DNA of 64,000 nucleotides from Terriglobia bacterium. GTDB taxonomy: Bacteria > Acidobacteriota > Terriglobia > 20CM-2-55-15. Position numbers and translations under genes: made by a program. Position 1 is the first letter of the stretch; the number at the start of each line of letters is the position of its first letter. The stretch covers positions 832,001 through 896,000 of the forward strand of contig CAXWPJ010000002.1 in assembly GCA_963664115.2 (NCBI GenBank). The letters run 5' to 3'. Below are positions 47,198 to 57,789 of the stretch, in pieces. The notes under the pieces were generated by a model. It was not told where the DNA came from. It searched no databases and saw only the letters and a list, made by a program, of their open reading frames with translations.

Positions 47198-49399
47198 CTA
47201 CCAGTAGAACCGGTACGTCGTCTTGATCTGGACGGCTTGATCTCTTTCGACGAGTCCCAATCCGCGATTCCGGTGTTGGTCGGTAAAGACCACGAACAGA
47301 TTGCTGTCGAGTCCGTAGATCAGATGGAATCGGATCTGGGTACTGAGCTCCTTGTCGCCCTGCTGGGTCAAGTCGTTCCATTGGAAAAAGGCTTCGGCAG
47401 TGGCGCGGGCGGTGAATGGCACTTTGAGCCGGGCCCGCCACAGGTGGGCGGCGAAAGCCCCTTCCGGCAGGGAGATGTCGTTGAACTCGTAGTCCCCCTG
47501 TATTTCGAGGTGAGGCGAGGCGCGCCATACTCCTGAAAGGCCCAGTGCAGTCCGATTGCCTCCGTAGAACTCTCCCCGTGCAAATTCAACGCCCGGCACC
47601 AGCGCGCGGCCATCGAAGCCCTGGTATCCAATGCCCCATCGGTTGAAGTTGTAGTCGCCGGGAGGAACCACCACGTTATCCCGGGCATTGAGGACGAAGG
47701 TTCCGTCCTCGGCGAGGATCCGCTCGAAGTCGCGCGAAACCCGAAAGCGAATCACGTCGCCTGAGTCCAGCTCATTGGATGTTTCAAACAGCCATCGACG
47801 CGTGTCCAGTACGTTTTCCTGATCGGTCAGGTAGCTCAGGTCGGTGGAGAAATTCACCTTCCGGGCCCAGCTCCGGTTCAAGCGCCAGCTGCGTCGCAAC
47901 CTCCCTGTTTGCCGCCGAATGTTGTCCCGGCGAACAAAGCCCATGGCGGGATCGAAGCCTTCTTCCACCGAAAGCGTGCGGAAGCTGGCCTCCCACAGGT
48001 CCTGGTCGTAGGTCAGGGCGCCGGAGAAGGAGACCGGCCGTTCGTCCTTTTTCTCATCGTCGACAACAGCGATAAAACCTTCGGCCCGAAGATTGTTTCC
48101 CAACCAGATAAGAGCGTCCTGGCCGAATGCGCGGTTGGACCCGATATCGGAAGAAGCCGAGGTGAACATACCTCCGATGTAGGACCGAGCGCCTATGTTC
48201 CAGCGGATGCGTCCGGTGCTCAGATTCGCGCTGGGAGATGCTGGGTGGTTCTCTGTTTGCGTAGTGAGCACGCCCACGTCGAAAGCCCCGACCTTCCCAC
48301 TGAGACGGGCCCCGCCCAAAATCGGGATGGCCTGCCCGTTTACAAGCCCGATACGGCGGCTGAAGAAAAGCTGGGTATCCTGATTGAGCCCGAAATTGAA
48401 CAGCTGCGCGTTCTCCAGGAAGAACTCCCGTTTTTCCGGAAGGAACAGGGAGAAACGCGTCAGGTTGACCTGCTGGTCGTCGACCTCCACTTGAGCGAAA
48501 TTTGTGTTGTAGGTCAGATCGAGCGATAGAGAGGAACTGACTGACATTTTCAGATCCGCTCCTCCCTCCAGCTCGGACTCCGCACCGTTGACGCCCCTCG
48601 ATCGGGTGCCCCCGATCAAGCCGTAGGGAATAACTTGTATGTTGCGAGCGGCCCCAATCCCGGACATTCCGTCAAGATGGCCGTAGGTATCTGCGCGGGT
48701 GAGAGAAAAACTGGGAGGCATCGGCGCCCAACTCGATGTCTCGTTCTTGCGTTGGATCACCCTCTGAATGTTGAAACCCCAGGTGCCTCCGCCCCCGGCT
48801 GGAAACCGAAAAGCACGGAACGGAATGCGGAATTCCACGCTCCATCCGTCTGCGTGAATCTGGGTTCGAACGTCGGTTACCGCATCCCAGCTCTGATTCC
48901 ACGTGTTGTTGTCGATCTGCGTGTCCTGCTTGGTTCCGAGCGGGTTGATCGAAAACACATAGGCTCGCCGGTGATCGTGAAACGTATCCAAAGCAATACG
49001 GACGGCGTCGTCTTTCCTGTACACGTCATCGTCCCTGTAGCCCAGGGTGTTTCGGACGATCCCGTCGGGATCGGAATCGTAACAGTAGACGCTGATATAA
49101 AGAGACTCCGAGTCGTAGACGAGGCGCACCTCGGTCCGCTCCGTGGATGGAGCGCCCGAATCGGGTTCCAGCTGTGTAAATTGTCCCATGACGTCTGCCT
49201 GCTCCCAGGCAGGATCGGACAGGTCGCCGTCGACGGTGGGAGGAGTCTCGACAAATGTCACAGGGTAACGATATTCATTGTTCTGTCCCGGGTTCTCTTG
49301 CGCTCTCACCGTCAGCGGGTTCGAACCCAACAGGAGTGCGATGAGCGTCGACAAGAGAACATGGGCGGTTCGATGGGATCGTCCGGGCGGCTTCGTCAT
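47198..49399 (-). CDS. CBM9-like sugar-binding domain + DUF5916 outer-membrane protein
   Basis: PPTVDGDLSDPAW, TERTEVR, WSVEFRIPF, NFAQVEVDDQQVNLTRFSLFLPEKREFFLEN, LFFSRRIG. Confidence 0.88.
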   Translation of the reverse strand: MTKPPGRSHRTAHVLLSTLIALLLGSNPLTVRAQENPGQNNEYRYPVTFVETPPTVDGDLSDPAWEQADVMGQFTQLEPDSGAPSTERTEVRLVYDSESLYISVYCYDSDPDGIVRNTLGYRDDDVYRKDDAVRIALDTFHDHRRAYVFSINPLGTKQDTQIDNNTWNQSWDAVTDVRTQIHADGWSVEFRIPFRAFRFPAGGGGTWGFNIQRVIQRKNETSSWAPMPPSFSLTRADTYGHLDGMSGIGAARNIQVIPYGLIGGTRSRGVNGAESELEGGADLKMSVSSSLSLDLTYNTNFAQVEVDDQQVNLTRFSLFLPEKREFFLENAQLFNFGLNQDTQLFFSRRIGLVNGQAIPILGGARLSGKVGAFDVGVLTTQTENHPASPSANLSTGRIRWNIGARSYIGGMFTSASSDIGSNRAFGQDALIWLGNNLRAEGFIAVVDDEKKDERPVSFSGALTYDQDLWEASFRTLSVEEGFDPAMGFVRRDNIRRQTGRLRRSWRLNRSWARKVNFSTDLSYLTDQENVLDTRRWLFETSNELDSGDVIRFRVSRDFERILAEDGTFVLNARDNVVVPPGDYNFNRWGIGYQGFDGRALVPGVEFARGEFYGGNRTALGLSGVWRASPHLEIQGDYEFNDISLPEGAFAAHLWRARLKVPFTARATAEAFFQWNDLTQQGDKELSTQIRFHLIYGLDSNLFVVFTDQHRNRGLGLVERDQAVQIKTTYRFYW

Positions 49400-49743
49400 A
49401 ATGGGTTCCGGCGCGTTCTGCCCGGGACGACCATCGTACCATCCCTCAACTTGAAAAAGAGTGAAGCTGCCATCAACAGATGGGTGTCGAGGAAGGCGAA
49501 ATTCCGCAGCCTGCCTTTTCCTTCCGATGTGATATTTCGATCACGCACAAAGCCCATCGACGGGTGGAGGCCTCCCGTGCCTTGATCGAGGCTGGCGAGG
49601 CATCGCTTGTGGCTGCGGGCGACCGGCACGTGGAAAGAATATTCGACCTGAGTGAGGACATCCTGGCACCCTGCACGGGTTGCCACGAGTTGTATCTGCT
49701 TGCGGATTGATTCGAGCTTTCGCCCGCGGGAACGGTCTACCAA
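49396..49743 (-). pseudogene. Probable 5'-truncated hypothetical gene coupled to the DUF5916 gene
   Basis: TGA overlaps next ATG (ATGA); protein-like 3' part; no good start or SD; frame closes near 49806. Confidence 0.35.
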
Positions 49744-49853
49744 CCGATCGTCGCTTGGGGACAGTGAAGTCAGCCTTGGCTCCGGTCCGGTTGGTTTCTG
49801 GTGACCTCAGCCACGTAACGTAAGCAGAGGCCTAAAGGACAGTGGCCCGAGCG

Positions 49854-50483
49854 CTAGAAAATGCCGTAATCGATGATGTCATCGTAGAAACCTTCAACGG
49901 TGAGTGTGACCGTCACTGGAGATTCAGTGAGGTTGACCCAATACCAGCCGTGCTCGCCATCGAAGGGCGCGACCAGGGAACCGGCGTGACCCGAGCCTTC
50001 CTGGTGCTCTCTGTAACGCACCCAGAACTGGTTGCCTACCGCGGGGTCGTGACCATGAAAATCTGAATAAACCGAGCCCTGATCGACCTGCCACGAATAC
50101 GTGATCACTTTCCCCGCCCGCAGCACAGTCTTGATCTCGGTTTCCCCTTCTGGCGGGATTACGACAGCGAGGGTATCGGTATTTGAAGGTCCCTCTTCAT
50201 CCTGGTGAATCCCAGGGTTGGGCAGCGGGACCGGGTCTCCGAAATCGGGTATTTCAACTTCCCGAACGCTTTCGTTACCGCCTGTTACATCGATAATCTC
50301 CAGGGTTCGTACGGGTTGGTTCAGCACTGTCAGTCCGAACGCTTCCCCGATCCCGGTCGGATCGATGCCGTATTCGGCCGGCAATACGGTGGTGACCAAA
50401 ACAAGCACAGCAACGATGGCGGCACCGAGAGTCCCCTGCGCGATGCGTTTGCGTGATGCAGTTTGTGGGTTTGACTCAGACAT
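49854..50483 (-). CDS. Membrane-anchored protein of the family usually paired with HupE/UreJ proteins
   Basis: VLPAEYGIDPTGIG, YSDFHGH, GSLVAPFDGEHGWYW; SD AGGAGG. Confidence 0.8.
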   Translation of the reverse strand: MSESNPQTASRKRIAQGTLGAAIVAVLVLVTTVLPAEYGIDPTGIGEAFGLTVLNQPVRTLEIIDVTGGNESVREVEIPDFGDPVPLPNPGIHQDEEGPSNTDTLAVVIPPEGETEIKTVLRAGKVITYSWQVDQGSVYSDFHGHDPAVGNQFWVRYREHQEGSGHAGSLVAPFDGEHGWYWVNLTESPVTVTLTVEGFYDDIIDYGIF

Positions 50484-50953
50484 TGAACTCGACCTCCTGG
50501 GTTCGGGTTCGTTTACGGGAATACGATAACACTATCAGAGTTGAGGTATCTCTGAAGTTTTCGTCATTCCAGACGGTCCAAAGGGCATCGGGTCACCGAA
50601 TTCGCGTTTGATATAATCGGGCGACCCCCATCCTTTTGTCAGCTCCGATGAGGTCTGGCGTCACCTCACGGTCATTAGCGAATGCAAAGAGTCCGCATTG
50701 GGGTGGCTGACCCAGGCGCGCCGTGACGGCATTTCGATGAGACACTCGATCGAGAGTGGTTTGCGTTAGTCGGAGGGCAGACTCGCATTCCGGCCTCGGG
50801 TGTGGCGGCGATCTCCAATCAGCTACAATAGCGCCTGGTCTAAACTGAGCGAGGTCGATTGAGTCTGACTGTGATCGGAGCCGCCCCGCCGCTCCGACCT
50901 GTTCGCTCGACCTGAAAACTGTAAACAGCGCGTGAGATCAACGGAGGGTTGCT

Positions 50954-51487
50954 ATGTCTCGAATGTCGTTTTCCTCGACTGTCATTCCCATTCTGGTGTC
51001 GGTCATTCTTACCACAGTGTCTTTTGTCGTGGCGTCTGCTCCCGCACATGCCCAGGCCCTGATGCAACGAAATATCTCGGCGGCCCAAGCGATGGCCGTC
51101 GTTGAGGGAGTGCTCGCGTCGTGCGGGCGTGACGGCACTCTGGTCGTCGTTACAGTTGCGGTCGTCGATCGTGGGGGCCAGCCTCGCTTGATGCTCGCTG
51201 GCGATACGGCCTCGCCTCACAATCTCGATCTGGCCCGGCGCAAGGCCTATACGGCGCGCACCTTCCGGCGGCCGTCCCTGGAATGGGCAGCTCGGACGGC
51301 CGGTGATTCTACCCGAGCCGGCCAGCGTGAACTGGCGGACGTGATTCCCCTGGGCGGTGGCGTGCCGATCATGATCGGTGAGGAACCCATCGGTGCGGTC
51401 GGCGTGTCTGGTGCGGTCGGCGGTCAGCCTGCCGACGAAGCCTGCGCCATGGCCGGTGTGGCGGCAATCGCCGATCAATTGCAGTAG
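50954..51487 (+). CDS. GlcG/HbpS family heme-binding protein, secreted
   Basis: VTVAVVDRGG, ARRKAYTA, GGGVPI, GAVGVSGA, DEACA; SD GGAGG. Confidence 0.9.
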   Translation: MSRMSFSSTVIPILVSVILTTVSFVVASAPAHAQALMQRNISAAQAMAVVEGVLASCGRDGTLVVVTVAVVDRGGQPRLMLAGDTASPHNLDLARRKAYTARTFRRPSLEWAARTAGDSTRAGQRELADVIPLGGGVPIMIGEEPIGAVGVSGAVGGQPADEACAMAGVAAIADQLQ

Positions 51488-51708
51488 GGCTGTGGCCCGA
51501 GCCATTCCGGGTGAAGCCAAGAATGTCAGTTGAGGCAGGCATGGAAGGCACTCCGGGTTCGTTTGCCACACACTACCAGGACACGTGATGTACGGTGACA
51601 GCCCGGAGCGATTGATTCTTCCCGGTCAAGCGGTCCCACAAGGACTGCCGCTCATAATCCTGGTGACCGGTGTCGTTCGGTTATCGACGAAGACTCTCCT
51701 GACGTTCG

Positions 51709-51819
51709 TCTGTTTGGGCTATTGAAGAGGTCGTTTCGTTGCTCAAAGCAACTGAAGTTCCAAAAAAGCGACGAAGGTACAAGAACCGTGCTAGTTAGAT
51801 TTCGAAAGACGCCAGTACC
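51709..51819 (+). mobile_element. Right-end remnant of an IS1-family-like element
   Basis: VWAIEEVVSLLKATEVPKKRRRYKNRAS* followed by ATTTCGAAAGACGCCAGTACC, resembling recalled WSIEE...KKRGPYKK tail and ATTTCAAACTGAnnCACTACC end. Confidence 0.45.
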
Positions 51820-51958
51820 CCCGGGCGGGTGGCGACATAGTCCTGCGATGCACCCCCGGACTCGAGCTTTTCGAGCGTGGGGAGCAAGGTAAGGCGGGCG
51901 ATTTTCAGAGCCGGTGGACTTTGTCTGGGCAGGAACAGACCTGAACAGCTGGGGCCCC

Positions 51959-54112
51959 TCACTTCGCCAGAGGGTTCGGGCGCAGTCGAAATTGCACGAT
52001 ACCGGCCCGCGTTCCCTGTCCGGTTTCTGCAAGCCAGGAAGCCCGTGTTCCGTTCACCGCCCACAGCCCGCGTCCCTTCCAACCCGCCTCCGGATCGTCA
52101 ATCCGACCGTCGAGACCCCGCGGGTTGAATCCGTTCAGAGGGTATGGAACCTGTAACGTGATCCACTCTCCTGTATCGGGCCGTAGGACCTGGATCGAGT
52201 CTGACGCGGAACCCGCCGCGAACTGCGTGTTTTCTCCGAGACCGAAAACATTTTTCTGGTCCGACCAGTTGTAGTAAAAAAAATCTGCTTTACCGGTTGC
52301 ATCCCCTTTGAGTCTGGGGCCTGGCGCGGGATATAGCGTCCAGCCTTCGGGGCAGTGTCGCCCCGCCGCCGCCGCCTCGCCAGTCAGCACGTTGCACTTG
52401 TTCCGGTCGAAGCTGGCGAGGTGACCACTCACCAGAGCTGTCCAGATCAGTCCGTTCGTGTCGGCATCGATGCCACGAGGGAAATAGCTGTGTTTTTCTG
52501 GGGCGCTGGGCTCGTCAAAAGGAAGTTCATAGACTTCTGCGGTGCAGGACTCCGGTACATCCTTATCACGAATGTTGAAGCGGAATATCTTCCCTGGAAT
52601 TCCGGGTGCTGCAGCCCAAATCGTCCCGTCTACCGGATTTTCAATGACGCTGTAGAGGCTCCCCCGGAGTTTCACATCAACGCTGGGATCGGTTCGCCCA
52701 TCACCGTTGATGTCAAAGTAAGCCTGGCACCAACCTTGGGCCTGCTGGGAGTCACCTGTTTCGTCCAGAAGTCGCGTGTTGATCCAACCGATCGTGGCGT
52801 CCTGATCACCGAGACCATTGAAATAGGCTGTGTTGTCTGCGTCATCGGCGAATCGAACGTGATGGGTGCGGAAACAAGTACCGATGGGCGTGATTGTTTC
52901 CGTGTCAGGGTCATAGTATGCGGCGTGCCGGGTGCTGGCTTCGAGAGGGAAGAGCTGAGCGAATGCGTTATCGGAGCCTTCACGACACCATGCGGGATTC
53001 TGCCTGCCGCGAACGGCAGTGGCCATCCAAACCCTTCCGTTCTGATCCAGCATAAGGTTGTTTGGGTTCTGGTGGTCCGCGAAAAGCACTTCGTCGCCCC
53101 AATAGGGTGAAGGCGTATCCATCTCCAGGGGCGTGAAGGTTCTCATTTCGCTTGTGTCCACGAGCGTCGGAATCGTCATCGATTCCCAGGTATGTTCATT
53201 GGGGTCGAGGATTACGAGTGTGCCATGGTGGAAATCAACCCCATAAACCATTCCCTGACCGTTCACCTGAGGATTCCGTTTGTCGGTCGTGGCGATGTCG
53301 TGCATGAACGGCGTCTCGGTTGAGACTTCCCACATCGAGAGCACCACGTTCCGTTCCAGTCCCTGCGGTCGCGGTGGGATGGGCGGGAGCTCACCCCCTG
53401 CGATTCGGTCCGTCCAGTCCGAAAACATCTTTAACCCCAACTCCCGGCCAAAACCATCGAACTGCCCCCCCATTCGTGAACCGATCTGCCCCGATCTGAC
53501 GCGCCTGTCCCATGCAGCCAGGGACGTTTCATGCTCCGCAAGCAACTGAGGCGAAAGCTTGCGGATGCTGGCAGCGCCCAGGGCGTGACAGGTGTTGCAC
53601 TGTTTGACGGCCGAAACCCATTCGGCCTAGTTCTCATGCTCACCCAGCGGGAACGTGTATTCTGGAGGAACCTGGATCAGGGAAAACCAATAGTGGGGTG
53701 GATAGTACTCAGCCGCAGCTTGAGGGTCCGGTGCCAGTACCGCGGTCAGTGCTAATGTCTCACCGGGCCTTGCCTCGACCGGTTCCGAATCCACGAGTCC
53801 GTATCCACGCACCCAGATCCTGTAAGTTGCGTCTGGCAGATCTGGAAGCAGATACCGTCCTTGATCGTCGGTGACCACGATCTCCCGGAACAACGTCTCT
53901 AGATCCGTCGTTTCAGCGATGACCCAAACACCGGCCTCGGGTCCCGTCGCTCCCAGGACGCCGCCGCCAACATCATCCGCGTCAATCCCGACCTCAGACC
54001 CAAGCTGGGAGGAGATACTCCATCGCGGGATCAACCCGACGCAAGCCATCACGACCAGACACGGTAGCGCTTTCTTCAGCCACCCAACCCTTCCCTGTAA
54101 GCCGTTCTTCAT
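51959..54112 (-). pseudogene. Paralog of the 30693-32864 CxxCH/beta-propeller gene interrupted by one in-frame TAG
   Basis: ORFs 53627-54118 and 51959-53545 share a frame; junction reads GEHEN*AEWVSAVKQCNTCHALG versus paralog IRSQAEWLRYVKSGGCMACHQLG. Confidence 0.85.
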
Positions 54113-54204
54113 GATCACGTGTCCTCAAGCAGCGGTTTCGGGTGCGGATTGACCGTCCGACCGCCGAATAAAAATCGTCATGAAATACTTTTGAGAAATG
54201 CGGG

Positions 54205-55050
54205 CTAAGGATCCACGCCAAGGCTTCCAGGAAGCAAGAATCGGGTATTGTGATCATCCACTTCGTTCATCGGTGCGCAGATCGATTCCCAGACGCCAGA
54301 GAACAACCCCGACCATCCAAAGAACGTCACGTCCTCGGGAGGCATTCGCGAGAAGGTCTTGCGGTTACCCACCCAGGGTGCGGTATACAGTGCCGGATCA
54401 TGAAGCGTCAGTTGAACCTCCAGCGTATCGGCGTCGATCCGCTCCCATCGCTCTTCGATCCGTGTTTGCAAACTCACAGGATGACCCTGACCATCGAGCC
54501 ACGCTCTATCGTCAAGACCCACTGTATTGACGACAAGGATCTCTCCTTCCCATTCGGCAACGGAGTGCCCGTACCAAGCCGGCCCAAGATTGTCGAGGTT
54601 CTCGCCTGTAGGGAGATCGCGTCCGTCCAGCCAGACTTCGCGCAGGACCCGTTCCCACTGAAACAGTTGCAGTATCCTCCCCTCAAGGTGGGCGAATTCA
54701 AAGGGGTAGGTGCCGGTGTAAAGGATCCGTGGAAAACCACTCGGATTGCACCGGTATTTCGGGTCGTTCGAATACACCGGCAAAGGGACGTCACCGGTGC
54801 CCACACGCCCGCTCATTTTTTCAATACCTTCCCTCGTCAGGGGTGGCATACCCGGTGACGGGCCTATCCCCCCACCGCCTCCAGTCCTGACCCAGAGTCC
54901 GGACAGATCATGTGTGTCGCTTTGTATCGCAGCTGTTTCACGAGGCGCGGGTTCGGTTTTCGAAAGCGGGACGGCTCTCCCAAACCCTGCCGACAAAAAG
55001 AATAGCGCGGCCCCTACGGCAGTCATTGAGCTTGTCGAACGAATTCGCAT
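54205..55050 (-). CDS. Secreted hypothetical protein (DUF6152-partner family)
   Basis: HDLSGLW, RCNPSGFPR, GHSVAEWEGEILVVNT, EERWER, ESICAP; SD AAGGAG. Confidence 0.82.
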   Translation of the reverse strand: MRIRSTSSMTAVGAALFFLSAGFGRAVPLSKTEPAPRETAAIQSDTHDLSGLWVRTGGGGGIGPSPGMPPLTREGIEKMSGRVGTGDVPLPVYSNDPKYRCNPSGFPRILYTGTYPFEFAHLEGRILQLFQWERVLREVWLDGRDLPTGENLDNLGPAWYGHSVAEWEGEILVVNTVGLDDRAWLDGQGHPVSLQTRIEERWERIDADTLEVQLTLHDPALYTAPWVGNRKTFSRMPPEDVTFFGWSGLFSGVWESICAPMNEVDDHNTRFLLPGSLGVDP

Positions 55051-55148
55051 CTTTGAAGCTCCTTGTCCGATCCGACCTCACCGCACTCATCCGGTTTCTG
55101 GATCGCGGTTCGTGAGATCACGAGTGGGTGTTCTTTGAACCGTCTGAA

Positions 55149-55550
55149 CTAATCGACGGGGTTTTCCCCGCTGCGGCGGGACATTATTTCTGTGCCGTCT
55201 TCAAGAATAACGACCACCACAATGCCCAAAGGCGCGCCTGCAGCCGAGGGATTCACGATTGCGGTTATGTCCTGTCCTATCTTCAGCGTATTCCTGTTGT
55301 AGCCCTCACGGGCCAGCGTGCTGACGCTGGCGTTTTCGAATCCCCAGGTGACCACTTCACCGTTATCGCCCACCACGTCCATATAGATGACGACGTGCGG
55401 ATTGCGCCAACCCACTTCCGACACCCTTCCCGTCAAGGTGACCTCGTGCTGCATGTCAAACATCTGCCCCCTGCCGTGATGCGCGAACAGCGGAGGGGAG
55501 CTGATCAACAGCACCCACAGCAACATACATAATGGAAGCGCTCTCTTCAT
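55149..55550 (-). CDS. DUF6152 family secreted protein
   Basis: Signal ending LFA then HHGRGQMFD; WRNPH; WGFE; SD AGGAGG. Confidence 0.85.
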   Translation of the reverse strand: MKRALPLCMLLWVLLISSPPLFAHHGRGQMFDMQHEVTLTGRVSEVGWRNPHVVIYMDVVGDNGEVVTWGFENASVSTLAREGYNRNTLKIGQDITAIVNPSAAGAPLGIVVVVILEDGTEIMSRRSGENPVD

Positions 55551-55600
55551 GGGAACCTCCTGATCTTAAAGTTTCAGTACCTTTTCATTTCTCTACCGGC

Positions 55601-56548
55601 TCACCGGTACCAGGACCTCAAGCGAACCTCCACGTCTTCGCTACTGAGAGCATCTACAAATTCCTGGAGATCCTGACTGATGTAATGATATGGGTACACG
55701 GTGGCCGGTCCAAAAGCTTTGACACATTCGGCCGACGCCGGGGCAGTCATCGTGGAGAACGGATCCGCGGGCAGGAAAGCGATGTCAATATCCTGGAGCT
55801 GCCTGATTTCAGGGACGCATTCGGTATCTCCCGACACGAAAACCCGGGTATCTGCAAATGTCAGGACATATCCGTTCCCGCGACCACGGGGATGCATGAG
55901 CCGGGCTTGCGGACCGGTCTGCAGGTTGTAAGCCGCAACGGCTTCGATTCCGATATCAATTCCCTGAAGATCCACCCTTATCGAGTCGCCGTTCGCCAGG
56001 ACCTGAACGTCTTCGATCGTGGCTGCTTCATTCTCCCGTCGATCGATCACGACGGCATTTCCTCCCGCGGCGCCGGCCGCTATCCTGCGGGCCACTGCCT
56101 CAGGCGCCACGATTACTGTAGCTTCCTTATAAAGATCGGCCACCGTCAATGGCCCGAAGTGATCGCCGTGAGTATCGGTGATCAGGATCAGGTCCGCCTT
56201 TCTCATCCCGGAATAATCACCCGTCGGATCCACGTGGATCGTCCTGCCGCAGAACTCCAGCATCAGGCTGGCGTGGATGATAGGCGTAATCGTCAATACC
56301 CCTGTTGAAGTCGTCACCGCGTCCGACTCCGTCGGGTTATGCGTAGTGGTTTGAGCGCTCCCTGTGACCCGACTCGGCGCTGCCATAGCCACCAGATCCC
56401 TGTCCGAAAACGTGGCGTCGCACAGCGGTGCCTGCCCAGGTGCCGGCATCGCCGACAGGTCGGAAGCCGAGAGCAATACGCTTAAGAACGCTCCCCACAT
56501 AAAAAACGTCCTAAGAGACGACAGGCTACTTTTCAAATTAGCTTCCAT
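55601..56548 (-). CDS. Secreted MBL-fold metallo-hydrolase (UlaG/Lactamase_B_3-like)
   Basis: HASLML, HVDP, LITDTHGDH, AYN...HPRGRGNGYVL, SGDTE, VYPYHY. Confidence 0.85.
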   Translation of the reverse strand: MEANLKSSLSSLRTFFMWGAFLSVLLSASDLSAMPAPGQAPLCDATFSDRDLVAMAAPSRVTGSAQTTTHNPTESDAVTTSTGVLTITPIIHASLMLEFCGRTIHVDPTGDYSGMRKADLILITDTHGDHFGPLTVADLYKEATVIVAPEAVARRIAAGAAGGNAVVIDRRENEAATIEDVQVLANGDSIRVDLQGIDIGIEAVAAYNLQTGPQARLMHPRGRGNGYVLTFADTRVFVSGDTECVPEIRQLQDIDIAFLPADPFSTMTAPASAECVKAFGPATVYPYHYISQDLQEFVDALSSEDVEVRLRSWYR

Positions 56549-56759
56549 TGGTTTTCTCCTGCGTTCGCCTACTATACATCCCATCCACTATGAAAGAGCG
56601 ATAAGGGAAACGGCTCCACGCTCACGAATCCCGGCATCGCCGACTTATGGCGGCGACCAGGGGGGACCGACCGAAGGACCCTACCCTTAAATGCCAAGAT
56701 GTGCTGTGAAACGCCAAGAAATGCCCGCAGCTGAAGTTGGAGAACGTGGAACAGCGAAA

Positions 56760-57638
56760 CTAAGGATCCACACCAAAGCTTCCAGGCACCATGAATCGGG
56801 TGGTGTGATCGTCCACCTCGTTCATCGGTGCGCAGATTGATTCCCAAACACCGGAAAACAAACCATACCATCCAAAAAAGGTCGCGTCTTCGCGCGACAT
56901 TCGCGTGTAGGTTTTGCGGTCACCCACCCACGGCGCGGTATACATTGTCGAATCATGAAGGGTCAACTGAACCTCGAGGGTATCGGCGTCAATCCGATCC
57001 CATCGCTCTTCGATCCGTGTTTGCAAACTCAAAGGATGACCCTGACCATCGAGCCACGCTCTATCATCCAGGCCAACCGTGTTGACGACAAGGGTGTCGC
57101 CTTCCCACTCGGCAACGGAGTGTCCATACCATGCCGGCCCAAGATTATCGAGGTTCTCACCTGAGGGCAGGTCGCGCCCGTCCATCCAGACTTCACGCAG
57201 GACCCGCTCCCACTGAAACAGTTGCAACAGCCTCCCCTCGAGCCCGGCGAATTCGAATGGGTAGGCACTGGTGTAGAGGATCCGGGGAAAGCCACTCGGA
57301 TTGCACTTAAACTTCGGATCGTTTGAAAACACCGGCAGGGGGAGATCGTTTGTTCCCACACGCCCGCCCATTTTTGCCACGCCCTCTGGGGTCAGGGGAG
57401 GCATACTCGCTGCCGGGCCGATCCAATCCGTGCGGAAACGCCCTCGAACCGCGGCAGTAGCGTCCGGGTCGGTCCTTACCCAGAGTCCAGTCAAATCGTG
57501 CGGATCAAATTGTTGTGCAAGGGCTTCCGGACCCGCGGATTCCTTTTCTGAAAGCGACATGGCCTCCCCGAACCCTGCCAACAAAAAGAACAGCGCAGCG
57601 AATACGGGAGCGATTGAGCTTGTAGAACGAATTTGCAT
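56760..57638 (-). CDS. Secreted hypothetical protein (DUF6152-partner family), close paralog of 54205-55050
   Basis: Long near-identical stretches, e.g. QLFQWERVLREVW, ENLDNLGPAWYGHSVAEWEG, GLFSGVWESICAPMNEVDDH. Confidence 0.85.
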   Translation of the reverse strand: MQIRSTSSIAPVFAALFFLLAGFGEAMSLSEKESAGPEALAQQFDPHDLTGLWVRTDPDATAAVRGRFRTDWIGPAASMPPLTPEGVAKMGGRVGTNDLPLPVFSNDPKFKCNPSGFPRILYTSAYPFEFAGLEGRLLQLFQWERVLREVWMDGRDLPSGENLDNLGPAWYGHSVAEWEGDTLVVNTVGLDDRAWLDGQGHPLSLQTRIEERWDRIDADTLEVQLTLHDSTMYTAPWVGDRKTYTRMSREDATFFGWYGLFSGVWESICAPMNEVDDHTTRFMVPGSFGVDP

Positions 57639-57789
57639 TATTGAAGCTCCTTACCCGATCCGATTGTCAGGACTCATCCGGTTCGAGGATCGCGGATCGT
57701 GTTCTTTGAAATGCCTGGTCTCGCCGAAAGGGTTTTCAACTTTCACTCTGGGGATCAATCGGGAGTTGAGCTCGCACAAGCGGGGAAGC

